DNA from: Takakia lepidozioides
Lineage: Eukaryota > Plantae > Bryophyta
NCBI GenBank assembly: GCA_030704615.1
Contig: CM060733.1
Coordinates: 54,622,001-54,686,000, forward strand
Length of the DNA stretch: 64,000 nt
Reading direction: 5' to 3'
Shown here: one piece after another, positions 46,800-58,049 of the stretch
How the letters are laid out: the number at the start of each line of letters is the position of its first letter
How positions within the stretch are numbered: the stretch's first letter is position 1
Notes under the pieces: generated by a model
Database searches by the model: none
What the model was told of the DNA's origin: nothing
What the model saw: only the letters and a program-made list of their open reading frames with translations
Position numbers and translations under genes: made by a program

Positions 46800-49700
46800 G
46801 AATGACATGGAAAAAGAAGCCAAAACTCCCTTTATACGAAGGGGCCAAAGTGAGTAGACTTTCAACCATCTTGTTGTTGCTGAATTTGCAAATCCGGTTT
46901 GGCATAAGCAATGTGGGTATGTCCGCCATAATGCGGACTATTGCGGACTACATCCTTGCCCCACATTTGAAGCCGAGAATGCCACGATCAAGAAAAGAGG
47001 CAAGAGCAGCCTTGGATGCTGTGGGGATGGGCTATAAGATTTTTCATGCATGTCCATGTGATAAAACCCTGTACTACGGAGAGGATGCGAAACTCACCAA
47101 GTGTCCAAAGTGCAACAAAGACCGATATCGGGATGATGTTCAAGGGAAGAAAGCCCCGCGCAAGGTATACCCGCGCCACAATACACTTGTATATTGCATT
47201 CTACCTTTTTGCAACCTACAGACGTAAGGTTTTACTTAGAGATATGAATGACACTGATTATGATATGGGGCCGACATGGGGATGGTGCCAAAAATGCACT
47301 ACTTTCCAATCATCCCGCGACTGCAGGCACACTACCGAAGCCCCTCATTGGCAAAACTGATGAGATGGCACGCCTCGCATCGGAGCCCCCCGGGAAAGGT
47401 GTGCGGGCCACAAGATTCACAAGCATGGAGGCATACTGAAGAGATGTGGCCTTTTCTCTTGGAGGACCCACGACATGTCCGCCTCGGCTTCTCCTCGGAT
47501 GGGGTCAACCCATTCTCTGTCCAGTCATGTAGTCATTCCACTTGGCCGGTGACCATGGTGAATTACAACATCCCTCCGTATCTTTCAATAAAAAAAGGCC
47601 ATATCATGTTGGCTGCCATTGTACCGGGTGAGTGTTCCCATTTCATGCTTATTATTATTTTGGATTTTACATTAATCTTCTTCTCTTTGGCGCAATTCCG
47701 ATGGAAGATTGATGAGTGACGTAATCATGTAGTAAGATGTGTCATTCATTATGAAGTATAATTAGCATGGTGGAGCATTGAAACAATTAATGGTGTGAAT
47801 GTCTCATAGGGAAAAAACAAGTGAAAGACATGGACACGTACTTGCGACCTAGTTGATGACTGAAGGAGTTATGGAGGGGGGTCCGGCATTGGATGCTTCA
47901 CTTGACCCTATGGCCGGACAATCTTTTCAGATGAGAGACATCTTGCTTTGGACAATGCATGATTATCCAGGTATATTATGTTCCCCATGAGAAACCCGCG
48001 TACATTTACCTGTCAAGGGATATTGATGAGGATTGGGATTGATTGAAGTAGCGGCGACAGTCTTCTGCACCGTAGTGGGGTAGATGCACATGGAAACTTT
48101 TTGTCTTTCCTAATGTGGCGGAATGTCTACAGGACTTACTGTTTGCTCGGGGTTGAGCACTAAAGGGTACCACACATGCCTGCATTGTGGCGATGAACTT
48201 GATGCACAAAGCTCCAGCAATCTTCGCAAGATGGTGTATCCCAACTACCGCAAGTTTCTTCCTATGAGCCATCGAGACAAACACTTGTTTGATGACAAAG
48301 TGGAGTTACGTCCCCACCTGTGACACCATCCGGGCACTTTTGGGAAGACCGATGGAAGGAGGCCCATCCGGAGGGGTCCGGTGAAGTGGAGGTGCCCGGC
48401 ATGAAGCGACTTTCAATCTTCTACGAGTTGCCATATTGGGCGGTACATATTCCACAAAAACACCATCAATATTGCTATGCATGCATGTGATATTGCATGT
48501 TTTGTATGATTTCCATTGTCACTTTCACGACAAAATAGACGTGTAAGAATTTGTGGGTGGGGATATGTGTAGGACCTGAAGATTCGTCATCTTCTAGATC
48601 CCATGCATATTGAGAAGAATGTTTGCTCGTCCTTTTTTCGTGTTCTTCATGGCACGCCGGCAAAGAAGGGAGTGGCTGCGAAAGGAGATTCTCTCGGTGT
48701 TAGAAAGAACTTGAGGAGCAGGGTCGCATGCCCCATCTATGGGCCGAAGAAAATGGTGTGGACCCAAAGGGTGTTGTACGGTGGAAGTATAGGCGTGCAC
48801 CTTGGCAATGGACAAAGGAGGAATACAAGAAAGTGATAGCCACCATAGGAGCTGTCCGAACACCAACTGGTTATGGGTCATCCCTCCGTATGAAGTTCAA
48901 CGAAGACGGGGTCCATGGTTTGAAGTCTCATGACTACCACAATCTATTGCAAGACATCTTGCCCATTGCAGTACGTGGGACATTGACTCCCGAGGTTCGC
49001 GAGACAGTCTATAGATTGGGAGCATTGTTCCGGTGGATTTGCTCCAAAGAGCTGGAGGAAGCGGACTTTCCACGCATGAAGAAGGAGGCGGCGGTGGTCA
49101 TGTGTGTTGGAGATGCACATTCATCCCTCCTTCTTTGACATCCAAGTGCACTTGGTAGTGCACTTAGTGGAAGAGGCTTCGATTGCCGGCCCCGTTTATT
49201 CTCGGTGGATGTACTACCTTGAGCGATACATGAAGACTTTGAAAGCACATGTAAGACAAATGGCACACCCGGAGGGTAGCATGGCGGAGGGGTATACATT
49301 GCAAGAGGCTATGTTCTACTGCATGGAGTACTTGACAAGGGTGGATAAGGAAGCCCCTCCGATGTGGAAGGAAGATGAGGATGTACGAACCAATGACATC
49401 GTTTTGCCCAAAAATTCAAAGAGGGTAAAATTACCCATCATGGTGATTAACCAAGCGCATGAGTTCATACTGAAGAATCCCCCATCCATACATGAGTGGG
49501 AGGCAAGATACAATAACCTTGTTCAGCAACGACAGGAGGAGACGGTTGCGTGGAGGCGAAACCATGCAAGGGCAACTACACGCGCTCCGCGAGCAAGGGG
49601 CCGGCGTAGGAATGTGCCTTCACAAGAATTGCCCATGGAATTGCAGCCTCTAAGTTCATTCCGCCATTGGCTTCGGACTGAAGTAGAGGATAGCATTGCG

Positions 49701-50483
49701 AAAGGTGAGGTGGTTTCAGATTTAGTGCAAGACATTGCAAGGGGCCCCTCTCAATTTGCGACCTCATACACGGCGTTTTGGGTTAATGGTCGTCATTTCC
49801 GCATTCGTGCTCTTGACATGAAGCGCAAAACAACGTTTGATTCTGGCTTGTGTGCCTCATGTTGGCAAGACTTTGTGTGGGGCAGGGGAGATACACGACC
49901 TACCATGAGCACACTCAACTACTTTGGAGAGCTTGAGAGCATACTCCAACTTCAGTATACAAGGCACCAGCCTCTTATCTTCAAGGCAAGGTGGTTCCAG
50001 CCACATCTTGTGGGGCCATCCGCAACAATACTGGAAGACGAGTGTGGTTTCATGCGCGTCAATACAAATAGGCTCGAGTCTACTCATCGTCCCTCCGATG
50101 AGCCTTTTTCATGGTCTTCAGACATGGAGCAAGTTTTCTTCTCCGGATCAGGAAATTGGAAGGTGGTTGTGCATGCTCAGCCAAGAGGAAGACGTATCTA
50201 TCATGGTCAAGGATCTACATGGGGCGAGGCAAATGCGGAGGAGGAAGAGACTGGTCATGATGCCACTGATGTTGGCCGAGGTTGGATAGAGGGGGTACAA
50301 GAGAATGATGACGCCCCGGACAATGCATCCCGGACCCTATACGATGAGGCTCCATCAGATGCGGATGTTGGAGAAGAAGATGAAGACATGGTCATTGAAA
50401 CCGAGGTGGAAGATGATTCAGATGTGCCTTTTGGTGACCAGGCCATTTATGACAATGACTCTGATGAGCAAGAAGACTTGTAG
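46800..50483 (+). pseudogene. CACTA transposase (Transposase_21/Tnp2, DUF4218, DUF4216), spliced and frameshifted
   Basis: PLYEG, HACPCD..CPKC, YFPIIPRLQ, DSQAW, RLGFSSDGVNPF, STWPV..YNIPP, HIEKNV, GLKSHDYH, HLVVHL..GPVYSRWMY..ER, PEGSMAEGY, DEPF...QVFF. Confidence 0.92.
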
Positions 50484-53400
50484 CTTGATGAGGACGAAGA
50501 AGCTCCGGATGATGATGTTCAAGTCGATTAGACACGTAATCAAAGCTACATAATAATTCTCGCACATAACTGTACCTATCCCTTCGATTGATTGTACATG
50601 TACATGCATGTAGCTTATTTCTATGATTGATCAATGAAAAATCCATGAAGAAAATCCTTTGTAGGTGTGGCGATCTAGGAATGAAGTTGTGACTCGAAAA
50701 GTGACTCTAGTGTTGAGAGTTTTTGTACGAGGGCAAGAATGTTGGAAGACATGGTTCTTGTTCTACAAGTGTTGACCAAGACTACCCCTTGGAAACCCTT
50801 CAATCGATTTGGTTACCATGATCTCGAAAGAATCTTTGAAATTGGTGTGAAAGACAACAATGTTGTCAAAGCCATTGCCAAAGCAATCTACCCTCAACCC
50901 TCTAACCCCATGGCCCTTCCCTTTTCCTTTCCTAGTGTCCCCACCCCTTCTTCTTGCCCTTTGTCTTTAACAATAAGGCCGTCCGGGTTGATCACGGTCT
51001 CCCACATGCAAGATAGACCTATTATATTGTAGCACAGACGGAGGACTAAAAAGATTTGCAACAATGGATCCATTCAGCTTGGCCTTTGCCATGACCTTTG
51101 CAAAGACACAGAAAAGGCAATATTGCGATTCCCCGCCGTCGCAGACCTGTTGGGGCATCGCAATTCCGTCGCAATACCATCGCAAGGCGACCCATGGAGG
51201 TCGCAACCCCCTGCATTTACAATATCTATGATTGTGGATTTTTTCCTACGTAATGATTTTTGTTTTAGCTCTATTTTGTTCTGTGAATGCAAACCCCAGA
51301 CCACTACATCCATGGAAAAAATTGGACCAAACAAAAAAAAAAAAAAACAGAGAGTTTCCTGCACTCACTATTGCGGAACTCTCTATGAAGAGTGCATGAA
51401 GTTGAAAAGAACTCAACTTCGGAGTGCAAATGAGGGAAGAAAATATGGTTTTCAGTCCAAATAATTTTTGTTCACTCCCAAAAATTGCACACGCATTGCA
51501 AACGCTGTCATTAAGCATATGGTCCAATAGTTTGCATGGTGCAAGGGTCGAATTCACAGAACAAAACACAGCCAAAAAATTATTATTATGTAGCAGCAAT
51601 CCCCAATCCTAGACCCCCAGGTAAGAGGGCACTTGCGACACCCCAGCAGGCCTGCGACTGCGGGGAATCGCAACGTCACCATTGTGGCATTGCTGCAACG
51701 TTGGGACGTCGCAAACCCCAGCACAAGCTGGCTCGGCCCTCCCACGCGCCTAAGTGTGAGGGGGTGTTGTTGCGATTTCTGGGCGTCGCAGCCTTGCGAG
51801 AGCGTCGCAACCCCCAGCTTGCTGGCGGATCATGCCCCATCTGCAGCGACGTACCTGAATCGCAAGGTGGCGAAGCGTCACCGGAGCGGCGCTGCGGCGA
51901 CGCGCAGACGTCGCTATTTCTGGGCCGGGCGCCTACGCGGCGCAGCAGTCGCAGGAGGGTCGTCGCGTCTAGCGCGCTCGGGGTCCCGGCGTCGCTAACC
52001 TCCCCTAAACGTAGTAGTGAGTGGACTACAGGAGGAGACTGTACTACTGGACTCAGGAAGCAAGACGAGCAAACTCATGGGACTGACCAGTAAGTCCACA
52101 AACAGACTGATGCAACAGACTGAGCAGGTAGACTACCAATTGTGGGGACAGACTGAGCATTACCTCCTCCTCCTCGTCAACACAGACGTCCTCCTCATCT
52201 TCAAGGGAGCTCAACCAATTTTCCTCCGCTGCTCGGATGGTTTTGCTGAGCTGTCCGGATTGGGCGAAACTGTAGAAAAAACGGAAGAACTCTGGTTCGT
52301 CCACTGGTGGGCATACCGATGGGAGAAGCCCAAATGGTATTAGGCACAATGTGCCAGGATAGACTCCACTGGTAGTCTCTTTCGACTGCATTTCGTCTAC
52401 GTGAACCCTCGACTGGTCAGACAAGACAATGTCGACGAGAGATGAGATACCTCCCAAACCTGCGAATTCATCATTCTAAATGATGTGTGCAGACGGCTCA
52501 ACAGACTGACTCTCACTTGAAGTACTGATAGTCTGCGTCTGCTGCGTAGACTGTCTCCCTGGCATAGCCCGTGACACTTCCCGACTGCCTTGGGAACGAG
52601 TCTGCTGTTGAGATTTTGCCCTTGCCTCCCGAGCAGACCTTGCAGCCTTTTCTCTTTCCTTCTTCTGGGTGTGCGCACTTCCGCCAAAGTGCGGGCCTTT
52701 GGGTTTGTGCCGCAGAGTCTGGCGGTAGCCACATTCACCACCCTCATTGAACTTTGAACTGGCCACGGCTTGAAGCCAGGTGAGATATGGCGCTTGTTTT
52801 TGCAACCCGTGTCAATACAATGGCGGTTTAGCTGCACTTTGTCCTTAATAATTTCACTACAAAAGGGATAGTGGAGCTTATCCTTCTGCCAATTGGAGTC
52901 TGCAGGCTTGATTGCGCGGAGGTCTAAGAATGCTTCGACTATTCTCGCATCATACTCCTCAGGTGAGTACCAGTACCTTTGCTCCTTTAGTCTGGACTTG
53001 TGCATGAAATGCAACCTGTCCGCTCCACCCTTTTCACAAGCATCCTCCATGGCTGCAGAATCAGACAAGAGATGCAGCGGCAATGAGCGACAGACAGACT
53101 AAGAATAAGAAAGCAGAGAAGAGCGGAAAAGAGAATGGAAAGAAACCAAAGCACAAAGAGGAAAGCTCACCGGGCGTGTTGCGGAGGCGACGGTTGTTGT
53201 GACGATTCGGTGCTCACGCGACTGTCTACGCCTCAAAAAGCTAACACGCACAAAGGAAAGCGGGCTCGCACAAATGGAAGGTGGACGGGCCTAAAACAAA
53301 ATAGTGCGAAAGAAGTCCAGCGGTAAGTGGAGAACAGGTATAACCCTGCATGCCGACGCATGCTGCGGAGTGACGTGGCGAGATTTCACTGGCGCCTCTT

Positions 53401-54200
53401 TTGGCCGCCATCGCATTAAAAAGTTGCAAACCCCTCACACGTGCTGTCGGTATGAAGACTGGTTGATCATACTGGTTCAGACGCCAGAAGACTGGTTCAA
53501 CAGACTGGTTGGCAGACAAGTTGGAAGTCTTGTGCTCATGCAATCGTACCGCCGAAATTTTATTTCATCGGGAGAATGATACTGTACCATTTCCTACATT
53601 TCCTACTCTATTTTACAACTGGTATACGGTCTGCAACCCTTCGGATTGTGGAATATATGTGTGCTGCAGGTGTTGGGGCACCAACCCTCTTCCCTGTTTT
53701 GTGTAAGACCCTGGGTCGCATTTTCTATGCCTCAACGAAATCATGTTTTCTTTTCAGCGACATATTGTTGTTATCATTTACAGGACAGAAGCTCTTTACT
53801 GTCGTAGGGTGCAACATTCTTGCAGCACTCTTGGCGTCCAGCATACTTAAACCTAATGACATAACGGCCGAACCCCACTGCAAACAAACTTGCGCAACAA
53901 CAGACTCAGATGCCATTGCACGGACAGTCCAGCAGACGGAAGGCTCAACAGACTGACGAAGAGACTAACACAGAGTAATTTGTGCGACAAAAGACTGATT
54001 TCTAACAGACTAATATCCCAAAAGACAAAGTATCCCCTAGGCAGCCGGGTGATATATGAGTAGAGGCCGAATCGTAAACCGCACTTTCTGTCCAAGTTCG
54101 GATGCGGCGCGAGATCACTGACGCCCCTTCCCGCCATTGTTGCATTAATAGGTCCAGTAGACTTACACGTGATCATAATGACGGCTCAACAGACCCAGGC

Positions 54201-54360
54201 CAAACAGACTTGCGCCACAGTAGACTGACTTTGTGACAGTCTAGCTGACTGATATCAGAAGAGACGGACAGACCAGACCCAGCGCAAACAGACTTGCGCC
54301 ATAGTAGACTGACTTTGTGACAGTCTAGCTGACTGATATCAGAAGAGACGGACAGACCAG
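54201..54360. repeat. Tandem duplication, 84-bp period
   Basis: CAAACAGACTTGCGCCA.AGTAGACTGACTTTGTGACAGTCTAGC at 54201 and 54285. Confidence 0.85.
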
Positions 54361-55409
54361 CAGTCCGACGGCTCAGCAGACTCACGACAATGCGGATAAT
54401 TAAAAGGTAGTAGTTAAACGGACTCATATCCGAAGAAATGGACTTCCAGCCGACCGACGGTTCAATAGACTGACGAAAGAAGAGACTTCGGGGATAAGAC
54501 AAGAGAAGACACTTCGGAATTCGGCAGGCAGTGACGGCCCAGTAGTCCAGTAAAGAACAGACTCGCGCCACACCAGACTGGTATCCCTACAGACCAACAG
54601 TCCAATAGACCAGACTGATATCCCATCAGAACCACGCTTGGCATCGCCGTCATGCCGTGGTTGTATTTCATCCGTCCAGCAGACTTACATATGCCCATAC
54701 TCATGGCACAACACACTGCTTAGAGAAAGTACTGACAAAGACGTAGTCGAAGAGCTTGTTGATCCACGCGCATTTGCAGTCGTAAGGACCTCGAACATCC
54801 ACAAACAACGTGAATCCACATCTCTCAGGCTACGTCTCCTTTCCCATTGTCCAATTTTCAAGGAGACGGTAGTGGTTGAGATGTGATGTTTCAGGAGGTG
54901 CATCTGGATGTTTGAGGACCTTCGGACTGGATCCTGTTCCGTTCACACTCTCCGCAGTTCCCTGACATGTGGTGGCAGAGATGTCCTCCCCTGAACAGTC
55001 TCATCGGTGGACGTGCAATGTATACACGCCCCCACGTGTATATGCTTCTGTGATTTCCATTATCGTGTTACCAATGGTTTCCTGCTCCATACGAAGGAGC
55101 TCGGACTCGGACACACACCACAAACCGTAAACGCATGCAATTTTTCCACATATCGTCCTAAAAAATAAGCACGTCAGCACAAAACAAAGACGAAAATAGT
55201 GGAAGCATATACACGATGGTGGCTGTAGAGCCTTGCCAGCCCTCTCATGTTCAGGCACACCCTTTATCGTCATTAAAATCGCCCTAAACAAGAAGAACAG
55301 CCGCATGCGTGCAAAGTCAGCTCCGCAACATTGGACAACAAAGAGCCTCAAGAACGAGACAACAAGAACGAATGGGCGAGTTCGTGGCAAGATGTTACGA
55401 TCTTCCATG

Positions 55410-55765
55410 CCCTAAACATGGATGGCGCGGATGGGTTTCTCAGAATGGACGATTCAGATCCTTCGGCCGGCGCGGACTGGCAGACTGGTAGACTGGGGGC
55501 AACAGACGGGCACAACGGTCTGTTGGGTGGACTTGTGGGGATTGGCACAGCGGACTGGCCGACAAACTGGTGGTTTGGCGGACTGAGGGGAACTGGACTC
55601 ACGGGCAGCGGAGCGGGCGGACTGGGGCCTCGGGCGCGGCAACAGCTAGGCGACCACGCGTAGCCGGGGTTTTCAGGTGGGGGGAGCCGGGCGTCCATGC
55701 GCGGGGCCCACCGATCAGCTCGCACGTGCGCCATAACGTCCCAATTATTGTAAAATGAGAGGCAA
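55410..55765 (-). repeat. Right long inverted repeat of MULE-A
   Basis: Reverse complement of 13985-14370. Confidence 0.85.
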
Positions 55766-55884
55766 AAATAAAACCAAATTATTAAATATTCTGGTACATG
55801 TTTATGTTCCATGTATATGCCTGAATGTACATGTATATAGAAGTGGGTTTTTATTTTTATTTTATTAGTGGATGTTTTGAAATA

Positions 55885-56136
55885 ACAAGTCGTTGTTATG
55901 AAATAACAACGACTTGTCAACAACCAGTAGTGGAGAAGCATATTTGGGAAGATGCTTTGGTTTGAAGCATCTTTTGGCACATCACGATTGATGTATTGAA
56001 GGGTGTAGATGTGGTCAAATGGTACACACTAAGTATGTACCATTTGACCACATCTACACCCATAACCAACCCTGTCACACCCATAACAACTCGTTGTGAA
56101 GAACATCGCGTTGATGTTGTTATGGGTGTGACAGGG
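55885..56136. repeat. Cluster of three perfect hairpins
   Basis: Stems: 55885-55899/55903-55917 (15 bp), 56001-56026/56036-56061 (26 bp), 56070-56090/56116-56136 (21 bp). Confidence 0.9.
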
Positions 56137-56331
56137 ACAGCGACGGGTCGGAACAGGGACAGGGTTTGTGGTAAAAAAGTATTCCATATCCTGCTTTTGT
56201 CGAAGCTGGTCACAGATTCATGGGGTTAACTGTAGGGGTTAGCTGGTCCCCATGTTAGGTTCAAATAATTAGCTATGCAGTCGTGAGGGAGTTGTTTCTG
56301 TCTTGACAAGCTTTTCCTTGCAGAGAAAGCC

Positions 56332-57869
56332 ATGGAGGCTGCTTACAGAAGCAGGGACCTGCTGTTTCCGAGGTTTCTAGGGCTAGTTGGAGCTTTTTTA
56401 TTCAGAGTGGTGAGCTTGCTTACAATCGTTGTGGTGGTGGGAGCCCAGGTAGCAGGGGCATCCCCTGGATCTCTTCTCTTCTCTAGCCAGAAGGTCTCTA
56501 TATCCTCAACTGAGCTTTCACCTCAACTGTACTATGACTCAGCGGCTTTTTCAACTAGCAGTTTCGGAGAGAAGTCGTGCCCCACAGATCCAAGATTTGA
56601 TGCTACCCACCAGGTAAGGTATGGTGTGGATGTGGTGTGGCAGATTCCCAAGAACCCCAAGGCTATTTTGTTTCTAGCTCATGGTAGAGGATGTACATGC
56701 TTGAGCTACTTTGATCGGTCGCCCAACTGTCCCTCCTGTTATGGCCTCCCAGAGGACAGGGCAATTGTTCTAGAAGGGCTCGCTCGTGGGTATGCCTGCA
56801 TTGCCATCCAAAGCGCTGAAGGGCAATGGGAGAGCTGGCCGCCAGAGACCTCCGGAGACAAAGTCATTGTCACCAAAATCTTGAGTGAATGGAGTCACGA
56901 GCATTCACTGGAGATGTTGCCCCTGGCAGCCACGGGGAACTCAGCTGGAGGGAGTTTCACATCCATGATGGCACTCTTCCTGAATATACGGTCTCTGGTA
57001 AGTCACTCGACAGTCCTGCAAACCTGAGTAGATGAAATTGAATCCAAGGATTGTTGAATAACTTCGATGTCAAAGGAAGGCCATTTCATGACGTCCTGCA
57101 AGGTCTCCTATATGTCAGTCTCTGAATCTTACTATTCAATCTGCTCCCGCTGCTTCGCACAAGGATTAGCTGCAGAGCTCATGGGGGCCACATACAGCCT
57201 TTCCTTTGGATTGTGCTAGTGTGTACATGTGGGGGAGTCCCAAGAATGTCATCTGGCAGCTTATCTGAAATTTTCTGAGTGAAGGTGCTTATGAACGCCG
57301 TTGGAGTACATGAAGTGATTGAAACTGCAACCGACATATATCCACCCACTCTCTTCATTCATATGCCCAAGGACTCTGGCATATCGGGATTCTCTCCGCG
57401 GATTCAGAAATCATACCGTATATTGAAGGCCAAAGGATTGGAGGTAGACATTATCGCATGCTACGAATTTCCAATCGACCCCATATACTTCACCAAGCGC
57501 ATTCCTTGCCTCAGCAACGAAATTTCAGATAAGATATTCTCGGCATTGAAACTGTCCAAGTACTTGAATGATGAGAACTATCTTGCTGAAGACCCAAAAG
57601 TTGACTCGAGCTGGGAAGAATCTGTTCGATCTTCAAATGCGCTTCCCGATTGCGAGCCCAACGTCCTCTGTTGGGAGGAGCATGTCAGGGAAGAGCTAGC
57701 CGTTGCTTACGCCAACCATTCCATTACCAGTCTTGTGAAAGTTCGGATGTTTGATTGGATCGATTCCACTGTCTTCCTCCCACAGAAGAAGACTCTCACT
57801 CATTCCAGATCCCAGTTTCCATTTTGGTCTCAGGATATTCCCACTACTATGACCGCGGCTTCATTGTAA
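56332..57869 (+). CDS. Alpha/beta-hydrolase-fold protein (At5g25770-like), copy 1, 2 exons (56332-56997, 57285-57869)
   Basis: WQIPKNPKAILFLAHG, C..C.GLPE, nucleophile elbow GNSAGG, YPPTLFIHMPKD, AYANH; N-terminal hydrophobic segment; phase-0 GT-AG intron. Confidence 0.85.
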
Positions 57870-58049
57870 TTTTGCAAGTGGAACTTGAGAACCCTTTCAG
57901 TTTCCCCAGTTTTCCACCCCATGCCGGGCATATACTGCTATCTTTTAGCTGGCGGTTTGGCTTACCTCTAGCAGTCGCCCACTAAGGCATAGGGTGAAGC
58001 ACGCAAGGTAGATAGTATGTGGGCTGGCAGGAGCCCCAGCAGCAACTCT

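Larger units (their letters stand above)
43740..52019 (+). mobile_element. CACTA (En/Spm) element; right TIR present, left TIR not found
   Basis: Ends ...CTAAACGTAGTAGTG (revcomp CACTACTACG). GTCGCA/TGCGAC subterminal repeats at 51120-52000. Contains a Tnp2 transposase. Confidence 0.75.
13885..55790. mobile_element. MULE-A: large Mutator-like element (MuDR/VANDAL-like layout) hosting nested insertions; exact outer ends uncertain
   Basis: A ~400-bp inverted repeat links about 13985-14370 to about 55410-55765 (e.g. CCTCTCATTTTACAATAATTGGGA.GTTATGGCGCACG). The transposase runs on + from the left end and a Ulp1-bearing gene on - from the right end. No TSD found. Confidence 0.7.

Noticed and set aside
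55885-55931. Helitron 3' end
   Set aside because: The hairpin is AT-rich and is not followed by CTRR; no Rep/helicase sequence is present in the window.
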